This document shows positions 7,966 to 16,692 of a stretch of DNA of 64,000 bases, piece by piece. The notes below the pieces were generated by a model. That model made no database searches and was not told where the DNA came from. It saw only the letters and a list, made by a program, of their open reading frames with translations. The DNA is taken from the IMG/VR virus record IMGVR_UViG_3300026484_000007, positions 208,603-272,602 of that record; one strand, 5' to 3'. Position numbers and translations under genes: made by a program. How positions within the stretch are numbered: the stretch's first letter is position 1; each line of letters opens with the position of its first letter.

Positions 7966-7995
7966 ATATCTAATAAAACTAAAGTAGTTCTAAAA
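7966..7995 (-). promoter_or_regulatory. TTTTAGAACT-N14-AGATAT motif
   Basis: Copy of the bipartite motif. Confidence 0.55.
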
Positions 7996-8042
7996 ATAAT
8001 TAAAAATTAATGCGAAAAAAAGAGACAGAAGCGTCAGTAGGC

Positions 8043-8663
8043 TTAAGCCTCCGATTGATGCTTTTTAAGCAATTTATCGAAGGCTTTCAGATACCTACTA
8101 ATCTTGACAATATACACAATTGTCGCCCCTGAAATTATCCCGAATAGGAGTATAACTCCATTGTCGGGCAACTTCAGGTATGAATAGCCCATTAATAATA
8201 GGGCCACAACCAATTGCACTCTCGAGCGCGCTTTATTCACGTCACTCGAAAACGTCTCCGCCTCTTCTGAATTCAGCAAGACGTTCGTCAAAACTGAATT
8301 CATGTTCGCCTGAACGGCGAACAACAATACATACAGCGGAAAGATCAATACGACGATCTTTGCCGCTAATACTCTATCTATCTCCGGATGGAGATAGAAT
8401 AGGTACACTAGAATGCAGAAATACGCTACATCTAGTGTGCTTAATAACACGAAGCTCGCAAAGTAGCTAATTTTGTGTGTTAGCCACTTATTGAACTCCA
8501 TCATTGTAGCGCTCATTAGACTAATGAACGCGATAAACCCAACCGAGAACTCACCATAAAGGTGAGACTCAAATGGTTGAATTATTTGGAAAGCTAAGCT
8601 TCCCAGAATAACTATCTTTATTCTTAATGTTAAGAATAAAGACTTCAATACTTCCATCTTCAT
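8043..8663 (-). CDS. polytopic membrane protein (about 5-6 TM)
   Basis: AAGGAG RBS on the - strand, several hydrophobic helices, visibly more GC-rich than neighbours. Confidence 0.75.
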   Translation of the reverse strand: MKMEVLKSLFLTLRIKIVILGSLAFQIIQPFESHLYGEFSVGFIAFISLMSATMMEFNKWLTHKISYFASFVLLSTLDVAYFCILVYLFYLHPEIDRVLAAKIVVLIFPLYVLLFAVQANMNSVLTNVLLNSEEAETFSSDVNKARSRVQLVVALLLMGYSYLKLPDNGVILLFGIISGATIVYIVKISRYLKAFDKLLKKHQSEA

Positions 8664-8694
8664 CTTTTCTCCTTTGATTTTTTTGCTATTTTAG

Positions 8695-8724
8695 ATATCT
8701 CATAAGCCTTTACCAGTTCTAAAA
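8695..8724 (-). promoter_or_regulatory. TTTTAGAACT-N14-AGATAT motif upstream of the - strand gene
   Basis: - strand reads TTTTAGAACT ggtaaaggcttatg AGATAT ctaaaaTAGCAAAAAAATCAAAGGAG...ATG. Confidence 0.6.
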
Positions 8725-8824
8725 AAAACTTCGATTTTCTTAACAAAGATTTTCTTAACAAACGAAGAAAATTCATAAGAATAAAATACAAATAAATACA
8801 AAAATATTTAATTAAGGAGTATTA

Positions 8825-10273
8825 ATGGGTTTTGATTTACTCGATATAAATAAATTTATTAAAGAAAAGGATGCTAAAGAAGTAACATCCGAAAAAACAT
8901 TTTTATTTACAAAAGGCGATTTTATTCCAGATCCAAATGGTTTATATAGTCCACAGATCTTCGAAGGAACTGGTATTAAAGGACAACGGGATAAATACGG
9001 ATACATATCTTTAAAAAATACAATTATGCATCCATTAATTTATAAGAATCTAAAAAAGATTGCTACAATTTTTTATTATGTAGCAACTTCTGAAAAACAC
9101 GTTGAAATTATTGATGGTGAACTTATAGAAACACCACCAGAAAACGGTGGTAAAACTGGATTAGACTTTCTAATAAATAATTGGAAAAAAATTAATTTAG
9201 ATAAATACAAGAAAGAAACGAATGAATTCTTTATTGAGTTTCTAAAGAAAGTTCAAGAAAAATTAATTTTTATTAATAAACTTCCAGTTATTCCAGTACT
9301 TTATCGACCTTATACTTTTGAACACGGACGAGTAATTGAAGATGAAATTACTGAAAAGTATAAAAAAATTTTATTAGAATACAAAAAAACTATGGGAGGT
9401 CTTTCCGGTCAGCCTTTGAATTCGTTGAATTCTAAAAATTTAACTGCGTCTGAAGATGCAGTTAGTTTAACTGGAAGAAGATCTACTATATCTAACATTG
9501 ATAACCCATTAGGTATTTCTGATGATAATGGATTAGAATTATTAAATTCATTTATTCAGAATAATGTAAATTCTTCAGAAAAAGTTCAAAAATACGTTCA
9601 GGATCTATATGATTATTTTATTTCTAAATTAGAGAAAAAAGAAGGTTTCTTTAGAAGTAATTTAGTAGGTAAAAGATTAGATAATGTATCAAGATTAGTT
9701 GCTAATGCTCGTCCAGATATACCAGTAGATTGCGTAGGTATTCCTTGGCATGTATTAATTAATATTTTTGATTATTACGTATTAGCTGAGTTAGAGCATA
9801 ATAAAGATGTCGCTGAAAAACTTGGTCTTGCTGACATTAGTACAGTAGACTTTGGAAAACACATCTATTATATCTATAAAAACTGTGATATTTATTGCAA
9901 GTCGTTTCCTGAAAGACAACAGATATGGATAGAATTACTTACAGAAATCTTTGATAAACATGATTATCTTAGAGTAGTATTTAAACGGGATCCAGGTTGG
10001 TCAGCGAATTCATTCTGGTCAGTAAAACCATTAATCTTAAAAGGATGTTCGTATTACATTGTTGTAAATTCATTTTATTACAAACCACTTGGTGGAGATA
10101 GTTTTAATACTAATATTCTAATTAAAGAATCTACTCAAAAATCTATTACTAAAGATTTAATTTTATCAAAGGATCCAAAAAAGATCCAAAAAAGATATAC
10201 GTTAGAATTTCCAGTAGCTAATGAAGCAAAAACATTAAAAAATTATTACGAAAAAAATAAAAAGGAGAAATAA
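8825..10273 (+). CDS. DNA-directed RNA polymerase beta' subunit, N-terminal fragment
   Basis: GLYSPQIF, YGYISL, LPVIPVLYRP, KKEGFFRSNLVGKRLD, VVFKRDP. Ends at PLGGD (NADFDGD position) followed by an unrelated 57-aa tail. Confidence 0.88.
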   Translation: MGFDLLDINKFIKEKDAKEVTSEKTFLFTKGDFIPDPNGLYSPQIFEGTGIKGQRDKYGYISLKNTIMHPLIYKNLKKIATIFYYVATSEKHVEIIDGELIETPPENGGKTGLDFLINNWKKINLDKYKKETNEFFIEFLKKVQEKLIFINKLPVIPVLYRPYTFEHGRVIEDEITEKYKKILLEYKKTMGGLSGQPLNSLNSKNLTASEDAVSLTGRRSTISNIDNPLGISDDNGLELLNSFIQNNVNSSEKVQKYVQDLYDYFISKLEKKEGFFRSNLVGKRLDNVSRLVANARPDIPVDCVGIPWHVLINIFDYYVLAELEHNKDVAEKLGLADISTVDFGKHIYYIYKNCDIYCKSFPERQQIWIELLTEIFDKHDYLRVVFKRDPGWSANSFWSVKPLILKGCSYYIVVNSFYYKPLGGDSFNTNILIKESTQKSITKDLILSKDPKKIQKRYTLEFPVANEAKTLKNYYEKNKKEK

Positions 10274-10974
10274 TGGCTAGAGCACCTAAAACAACAAGAC
10301 GAAAAAGAAAAAATCAAGAAGAATTACAAACAGCACAAAATACTCAAGATGTACAAACAACGTTAAACGAAGAAGGATCTTTAAAAGATCCAAACAAGTT
10401 AACTGATTTAACGGAACCGACAGATTTAAAAGATCAATCTAATTTAACTGATTTAACTGAGCCAACAGTTGAAATCGATAATGAATCTAAAAATGAATCT
10501 TTAAAAGATCTAACTGAGCCTACTATATCTACTGGCGAAACAACTGAGCCAACAGTTGAAAATGTATCTCAAGAAGATCCAACTGCAGAAGAGCTTAAAG
10601 AAACTTCAGAAAAAGAAATTTTAGAAGAAGCTAAAGAAGAAGCTAAAGAAGATACCAAATCTGCAAAAAAACGTAATACTAAAAAGCGATCTAAAAAAGA
10701 TTCTGAGGTTGAAGTCGCTCAATCCAATCAATCTAATCAGATCAATCAAGAATCTAAAAAAGATCGAAAAAAGATCTCTTTTTTAGATAAAGTAAAAATG
10801 GCTGCAAGAAATGAATTATCGGAAACCGAAAAATTAAAACAAGAATTAATTAAAAAATCAGTTTCTGATGTTTTAACTCAAGAATATCAAAATACCGTTT
10901 ATGTATCTAAAGCAGATCAAAATAAAATAAAAGATAAACATGTTACTTATAATATGTCAGATCTTGGATTTTAA
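10273..10974 (+). CDS. low-complexity charged protein with DLTEPT repeats
   Basis: AAGGAG RBS; basic N-terminus and acidic repeats. Confidence 0.75.
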   Translation: MARAPKTTRRKRKNQEELQTAQNTQDVQTTLNEEGSLKDPNKLTDLTEPTDLKDQSNLTDLTEPTVEIDNESKNESLKDLTEPTISTGETTEPTVENVSQEDPTAEELKETSEKEILEEAKEEAKEDTKSAKKRNTKKRSKKDSEVEVAQSNQSNQINQESKKDRKKISFLDKVKMAARNELSETEKLKQELIKKSVSDVLTQEYQNTVYVSKADQNKIKDKHVTYNMSDLGF

Positions 10975-10992
10975 TATTAAAAAGGAGAATGT

Positions 10993-11724
10993 ATGTATTT
11001 AGCGTTAATGATCGAAGAATCATTTAATGAATTTCTTCAAAAAAATAATCTTCCTCAAACTACTTTAGAAGAAACCCACTATTTAAAAACCGGAAAAAAT
11101 CCTGGTTCTTTTAATTTAATTGAAGAAGGAGCTTTAGCTCGAGGAGCTGGGCTTGGGGCTCTTGTAGGTACTGCTGCGGTAGGAACTGCTCTTGGTATGG
11201 ATCATAGTCACATGCATGACATGCGCGACGCTTACGATTTCGCTCATAATGATGAAACTGGATTAGAAAATTCAAAAATAAATCAAGGGATTAAAGATGC
11301 TTTAAAATCAGATAATGAAACTGAATTTAAAGACAATAATGGAGAAGCTCCAAAAGATAAACCAGATTTAATTGATTCTGCGGAAGAAAGAAAGAAAATC
11401 GATGAATTCGTGAAAAACTGGAATGCGGAACATAAAGACCATCCATTGTCGACTAACGACATTATTAGTAAATACAATATGACTCAAAATAAAGAATTTA
11501 CTCAACTTCAAAGCAGAATCGATAATGCAGATTTAAATAAATCTAAAGCATTCCAATCTAATTGGGATAGTCTAAAACAAGGCGTTGGTAATCTTTGGAG
11601 TGGTTCTAAAGAAGGGCTTAACGATAAAGCGCTTGGAGCATTAAAAGTTGGTGGAGCAGCAATTGGTGGTGGAGCAGCAATTGGTGCAACATTAGGTGGA
11701 ATTCTTGGAAATAATAGAAGATAA
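10993..11724 (+). CDS. glycine-zipper virion-like protein (paralog family)
   Basis: IEES and IEEG motifs, N-terminal GAGLGALVG segment, C-terminal GGAAIGGGAAIGATLGG. Confidence 0.6.
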   Translation: MYLALMIEESFNEFLQKNNLPQTTLEETHYLKTGKNPGSFNLIEEGALARGAGLGALVGTAAVGTALGMDHSHMHDMRDAYDFAHNDETGLENSKINQGIKDALKSDNETEFKDNNGEAPKDKPDLIDSAEERKKIDEFVKNWNAEHKDHPLSTNDIISKYNMTQNKEFTQLQSRIDNADLNKSKAFQSNWDSLKQGVGNLWSGSKEGLNDKALGALKVGGAAIGGGAAIGATLGGILGNNRR

Positions 11725-11773
11725 TAGAAGATAATATAAAATAAAAATAAAAATTTTATAAAAGGAAGCGAAT

Positions 11774-13126
11774 ATGGCTTATGTTTTTAAAAAAGACAAA
11801 AACGGTAAATTAAAATTGATTAAACCATCAACCTCGGCTACCTCAACGACCGACAAAAGTGATCTTTTAAAGATCACTAATTCTCATAATTCTCATACTT
11901 CACTCAAAAGAACAATTGAGGAAAATTCATCTGCTATTTTAGAAGTTCCTATAGAAAAAGAAACCGAAAAATTTATCGAGACTCGAGACTGGGTAATTCC
12001 AAAAAAATTCATGATGCCAGATTGGGTAGAAAAAAATTTAAAAGACTTTAAAGATCAAGCAAGAGAAATTATCTCAAACGCAGACGAATCTTCTATAGAT
12101 TCAATTAATCCTAAAATTAAAAAATTAATTGAAGAATTAATTCTTGATAATAAAGTTAAACCTAAGTATCCTTTAAATAAAAAGACTCTTGGAAAATTAT
12201 CGAATGAAATGTGGAAAGTCTTCGGTGAAGATGAATTCATGTATCGATATTGGATACTACAAGAAGCTGGATTTTTTCTAAGTACTTTTAAACCATCTGG
12301 ATTTGAACCTGAGGCTCTACAATTACCTGAAAAATTCGTTAAAAGAAAAGACGCATTATTAAAAGAATTTGAAAAACGAGTTAAAGAACACGGTAAAGAT
12401 AAAGCGGTAGCTTGGATTGATAAAGAATTTAATAATTTAACCAACGAGGTAATCGATTACTGGGAAGAAAAAGGTATTAACGTTGTAGATATGATTAGAT
12501 CAGGAGCAAGAGGTGGTCCAGCGGATATTAGAAAAATGCTTGTTGCTGTTGGGTTAAGTATTGATAGTTCAGGAAAACCAAACGACGTTATTATGACGTC
12601 ACAAATCGAAGGTTTATCTCAAACTCAATTCTTTCATTATTCTTCACAAGCAATTATGGCATTATATGCAAAATCTTCAGAAACTGCTGTTCCAGGTTAT
12701 CTTGCAAGAAAATTAAGTACAGTTGCGGACGCGGTAAATCTTTCAGAAGTTGAAGATTGTAAAACGAAGAGATTTTTGGAAGTAACAGTTCTTGATTCAG
12801 ATGTTCTTAATGCGTTAGATGGTAGAGTATTGCATACAGGTAAAGTTATTGATTCTGAAAAAGATACTAATTTAATTGGTAAAAAAATTAAAATTAGATC
12901 GCCTTTATATTGTAAGGCAACTGATGGTATATGCGCTACATGTTATAATAAAAAAATTATTCAGAAAATGAATTGGCAGCCTGGAGAAAAAATTGGGTTG
13001 CATGCAGCTACAACTCTTGGAGATCAAGCATTAGTAAACTTAACACTTAAAAAATCTCATGTTGGTCTTTCATTAAATATGGAAACCGTAGATTTAGAAA
13101 AAGATATTTTTCAATTCGCAGAGTGA
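11774..13126 (+). CDS. RNA polymerase beta' subunit, middle fragment (bridge helix, Zn site, trigger loop)
   Basis: MIRSGARG, EGLSQTQFF, ETAVPGYLARKL, EDC, IRSPLYC...GICATCY, GEKIGLHAATTLGD...LTLKKSHVG. Confidence 0.9.
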   Translation: MAYVFKKDKNGKLKLIKPSTSATSTTDKSDLLKITNSHNSHTSLKRTIEENSSAILEVPIEKETEKFIETRDWVIPKKFMMPDWVEKNLKDFKDQAREIISNADESSIDSINPKIKKLIEELILDNKVKPKYPLNKKTLGKLSNEMWKVFGEDEFMYRYWILQEAGFFLSTFKPSGFEPEALQLPEKFVKRKDALLKEFEKRVKEHGKDKAVAWIDKEFNNLTNEVIDYWEEKGINVVDMIRSGARGGPADIRKMLVAVGLSIDSSGKPNDVIMTSQIEGLSQTQFFHYSSQAIMALYAKSSETAVPGYLARKLSTVADAVNLSEVEDCKTKRFLEVTVLDSDVLNALDGRVLHTGKVIDSEKDTNLIGKKIKIRSPLYCKATDGICATCYNKKIIQKMNWQPGEKIGLHAATTLGDQALVNLTLKKSHVGLSLNMETVDLEKDIFQFAE

Positions 13127-13164
13127 TCTTTTTTAGATCACTCTCTAGCTTTTTTTGTCATTAG
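13119..13164 (+). terminator. terminator on a GATC palindrome, with GTCATTAG tail
   Basis: AGAGTGATCTTTTTTAGATCACTCT...TTTTTTTGTCATTAG. Confidence 0.65.
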
Positions 13165-13176
13165 ATAATTTTTCCT

Positions 13177-13317
13177 GAAAACTCGTGATCTTAAAACGTT
13201 GAGCTTCATTAGATATCTAAAGATATATACGAGTTCTAAAATTTATAAAACCGTTTTAGAACTCGTATATATCCTTAGCATCGAAAAAAGATGCTACTTG
13301 AAAAATCAAAGTTTTTC
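13177..13317. repeat. ~140-bp dispersed palindromic element, copy A
   Basis: GAAAACTCGTGATC..AAAACGTTG..GATATATACGAGTTCTAAAA..TTTTAGAACTCGTATATATC..GATGCTAC..AGTTTTTC. Confidence 0.85.
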
Positions 13318-13372
13318 TTTTTCATTTTTTAAAAAATTGAATTTTTTAAACGAAGCCAAAAAAGGATTTTTT

Positions 13373-14464
13373 ATGAGCGCGGCAAGCACAACGAGAGTGA
13401 TAAATTTAAACAGATCAATCTTTTATCTTAATCAATCTTGTGTAAAAGAAATTCATGAATCTTCAATGTTAATTGAAGAAATTTCAAGTAAAGAAATAAT
13501 TTCAAAAATAAGATCATTTATGCCTAATTTAGATAATAAAATTGCTAAGCAATTTAATAATATATATAGAATTTTATCTAATGCGTTAGCATCTAAAAAA
13601 GATCTTGAAAGAATAAAAAAGATCAATGATGAGCAAATGAAAGCCATCGAAAAATATTTAAAAAAGAATGGTATAAATACTAAAAAATTAAAAGATAGAC
13701 TTAAAGAGAAAAAACAATTAACTCCAACCGATTTAGATTTAATCATCGAGATGGGATTAATTGAATTAAAACACACAACTGCGAAAGATTTTATTGAAGT
13801 CGTAGCTTTCGTTTTAGTAGCTTTTATTTTAAATACTTTTATTATTTATTCTATACTTGATCTTATATTTTTCATCAATCCATTGGCTAATTATAGTCAA
13901 GCTATGATGGTAGCTGTTTCAATTGGAGCAGTACTTTCAGCACCATTCGTTGAAGAAGCTGGTAAACGAGTAAGTATTGAAAGAAAAAAAGGTTTACTGT
14001 ATATTATAGGTTTTAATATTGCTGAATATACTTCTTATGTTTCTGCAGCTGCAGGAGCAGGTCTTGGATACATGATAATTATGATGATTGTTCGATTGTT
14101 ACCGGTTGCAATGCATTTCTCAAATTATAGTATTCATCAAAAAGGTGATATTGATCAAAAAATAGCAGATAAGTATAAAATTTCTACTGAAAGAGATTTC
14201 AGACAAGACGCTCAACGAATAGCAATGACAATACATAGATTTTGGAATATTGGATTAATATTTTTAGCTCCACTTGCAGGTTGGGCAAATTCTTATTTTA
14301 GCAATAAATTTCCTGTGAAAAAAATTGAAGAAAAAATTGAACCAAGATCATATTTAAACGAAATTCAAAAATTCTTTAAAGAAAAATCTAAAACTTTAAA
14401 ATACATTAATGCTAAAAAAGTAATCGAAAAAAATATCAAAAAAAATATCAAAAAGGATAAATAA
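13373..14464 (+). CDS. PrsW/M82-like intramembrane glutamic protease with soluble N-terminal extension
   Basis: APFVEEAGK, GFNIAE, AMHF and IHRFWN motifs in TM segments. AAGGA RBS before ATG 13373; the track's start at 13199 lies inside the repeat. Confidence 0.65.
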   Translation: MSAASTTRVINLNRSIFYLNQSCVKEIHESSMLIEEISSKEIISKIRSFMPNLDNKIAKQFNNIYRILSNALASKKDLERIKKINDEQMKAIEKYLKKNGINTKKLKDRLKEKKQLTPTDLDLIIEMGLIELKHTTAKDFIEVVAFVLVAFILNTFIIYSILDLIFFINPLANYSQAMMVAVSIGAVLSAPFVEEAGKRVSIERKKGLLYIIGFNIAEYTSYVSAAAGAGLGYMIIMMIVRLLPVAMHFSNYSIHQKGDIDQKIADKYKISTERDFRQDAQRIAMTIHRFWNIGLIFLAPLAGWANSYFSNKFPVKKIEEKIEPRSYLNEIQKFFKEKSKTLKYINAKKVIEKNIKKNIKKDK

Positions 14465-14736
14465 TGGCTTTAAAAACTTCATATATTGAATTAAATAAAG
14501 ATTATCAAATAATTTTAGATAACTCTGGGCAAAATTCCTCAGCAGATAATTTTATTCAAGTTAATCATGGAACAGCAGAATTGTTCTTTGATACCGATAC
14601 TCCAAGTTCATCTTCGATTGGATTAAGATGGTCCGCTGGAGCTCGAATTTTATTCGTGCCTCAAGGATCAAAATTATATGGAAGACTTTGGAAAAATTCC
14701 GATAGCTGTAGCGTAATCGTGAACAAAGACTCTTAA
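14464..14736 (+). CDS. small beta-rich hypothetical protein
   Basis: 90 aa, AAGGA RBS, translationally coupled. Confidence 0.7.
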   Translation: MALKTSYIELNKDYQIILDNSGQNSSADNFIQVNHGTAELFFDTDTPSSSSIGLRWSAGARILFVPQGSKLYGRLWKNSDSCSVIVNKDS

Positions 14737-14746
14737 AGGATAAAAT

Positions 14747-15154
14747 ATGGCTAATAAAAATTATACAGTTGGCCTTGATAAAAAATATTTAGATCTAGTT
14801 GACGCAGATCTAACTCCAGAAAATCAAAGATTTTTAAATGATTACGTTGCTAAAAAATTAAGAATGATAGATAACACTATCATCGCAAATCATCTTAAAA
14901 AAATGGATCAAGAAGCTTCTCATTATAAAAATCTTGATAACTTTGAAAAACAAGAGATAATTAATTCCGAAAGATGGAAAAATCCATTGATCGGTGCAAC
15001 TATTGGAGGAGCTCTTGGTTTTGGACTTACTGATGTAATCAGTGGAAATCCTACGACCGATGGAATATTTGGCGCTCTTGGGTTAGGAGTTGGAGCTTAT
15101 CAAGGTAAGAAATATACTGATTTTAAATTAAAAAGGCAAGGATTGATAAAATGA
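14747..15154 (+). CDS. glycine-zipper membrane-type protein
   Basis: GATIGGALGFG and GALGLGVGAY. Confidence 0.65.
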   Translation: MANKNYTVGLDKKYLDLVDADLTPENQRFLNDYVAKKLRMIDNTIIANHLKKMDQEASHYKNLDNFEKQEIINSERWKNPLIGATIGGALGFGLTDVISGNPTTDGIFGALGLGVGAYQGKKYTDFKLKRQGLIK

Positions 15155-15894
15155 AACGAAGAAATTATTTTAATTATTTAAAAGGATCTGCAAAAGATCT
15201 TTTAGAAGAAAATGATCGTTATCGAGCGTTCTATCCCACTTCCACTGCCGCTGCCGCTCCACAAAGATCAATTTGGTCGGATATGAAAAACGGCGCAAAA
15301 AATCTTGGGAATAGCATAGTAAATTCTGCTAGTAAATTTGGATCTAAAATAACTAATGACCCAAAAATTGCTGCAGCTACAGGAGCAGCGATAGGTGGAG
15401 CTCTTCATCTTTACGATGTTCATGATGCAAAATCTGATTTATCTGATCTTATGGGCAAAAATTTTGATGCAGAAAAAATTAATAAAGATACATTCAATAG
15501 CAATTATGAGCAATACAAAGATCTTTATAATAAAGAAGGTATTAATAAATTTGATGCGAATAACGATGGATACTTAGATAAAAACGAACTTCATAAACTT
15601 TATAATACATATAAAAATGATACAAGTTGGTTCCCGTGGTGGAATGATGCAGATGATAAAATCAGTGCGGCTAAAGAATATTATGATTATATTCAAAAAA
15701 CTCCAGCAATGGATTTTAATAAAGATGGAATTGTAGATTCTAATGACACTAAAGCAATGAAAGATGTTGATCGTGTCGTTAATAGTAGTTTACCTGCGAA
15801 CTTAATGGGTGGTGCTGCAATTGGAGGAGCTCTTGGATATGGAACTAATAAACTTAATTCAAAACTTAATTCAAAATTTGGAGGACATTCATGA
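15151..15894 (+). CDS. glycine-zipper protein with two EF-hand-like loops
   Basis: GAAIGG at both ends; DANNDGYLDKNE and DFNKDGIVDSND. Confidence 0.65.
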   Translation: MKRRNYFNYLKGSAKDLLEENDRYRAFYPTSTAAAAPQRSIWSDMKNGAKNLGNSIVNSASKFGSKITNDPKIAAATGAAIGGALHLYDVHDAKSDLSDLMGKNFDAEKINKDTFNSNYEQYKDLYNKEGINKFDANNDGYLDKNELHKLYNTYKNDTSWFPWWNDADDKISAAKEYYDYIQKTPAMDFNKDGIVDSNDTKAMKDVDRVVNSSLPANLMGGAAIGGALGYGTNKLNSKLNSKFGGHS

Positions 15895-16658
15895 AAAATA
15901 TAAAAAAGACAAGAACGCTTAATTATTTAAATGAGGCATCTAATAGAGATCTTTCAATTGCTTTAACTGGATTAGGTTTTGGAATTGGTGGAGCCGCTCT
16001 TGGCGACTCAATATATGATGCTCACTTAGATCATTATAATTCCGAATTCCAAAAACAATTTTCCGATATTAATGCCACCAAAGATCAATTATTGAATGAA
16101 AAATTTGGTGATCCTGAAAATAATAAAGAAGCTCTTCAATCATATCAAGATCAATACAATAAAATAAAATTTGCTGATTTTAATAAAGATGGTTTCGTTG
16201 ATGAACGAGAATACAACAAAGCACTTGAAAATTATAAAAATTATATTAACAGCGGAGGTAATAATCCATTCTCTGATAATTATAAAAATTTAGATTATAA
16301 ACCAGATACAGTAAAACAATTAAATACTTATAAAAATTTATTACATGATAAAGATTTTGTATCTAAATTCGATGTAAATCAAGATGGAACATTTAACGCA
16401 AGAGAATTACAGTTATTGAAAAAACTTCCAGAGTATCAAGACAGAATGAATTCTTTTGAATATCAACCATATTTATATGGAACTGCTGGAGCAATAGCGG
16501 GAATGAAATTAATGGATGCTGCGACTAGAGGCGAAAGTTCTGATAAAGATCGAATAAATTTTCCAAGTAATAGATTTGCTCCGTTTGGTGCTCCAAAAAG
16601 ACCAAACGAATCTCAAGAAATCGTAGATAAAGTTCCACTACCACCGATAGTAAAATAA
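15891..16658 (+). CDS. glycine-zipper protein with two EF-hand-like loops
   Basis: GLGFGIGGAALG; DFNKDGFVDERE and DVNQDGTFNARE; C-terminal GTAGAIAG. Confidence 0.65.
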   Translation: MKNIKKTRTLNYLNEASNRDLSIALTGLGFGIGGAALGDSIYDAHLDHYNSEFQKQFSDINATKDQLLNEKFGDPENNKEALQSYQDQYNKIKFADFNKDGFVDEREYNKALENYKNYINSGGNNPFSDNYKNLDYKPDTVKQLNTYKNLLHDKDFVSKFDVNQDGTFNARELQLLKKLPEYQDRMNSFEYQPYLYGTAGAIAGMKLMDAATRGESSDKDRINFPSNRFAPFGAPKRPNESQEIVDKVPLPPIVK

Positions 16659-16692
16659 AAAATTATATAAAATTTAAATCAAAGGAAAATCG

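Noticed and set aside
7016-7995. CRISPR array
   Set aside because: Units are long multi-hairpin blocks without regular repeat-spacer periodicity, and there are no cas genes
8180-8470. 96-aa + strand ORF
   Set aside because: Antisense shadow of the - strand membrane gene, with no RBS
10100-10272. Cis intron or frameshift restoring DFDGD
   Set aside because: Other frames hit stops within a few codons, and the next gene starts immediately, leaving no room for an intron core or second exon
13199-13372. N-terminal 58 aa of ORF 13199-14464
   Set aside because: Starts at a TTG inside the dispersed repeat; the RBS supports ATG 13373
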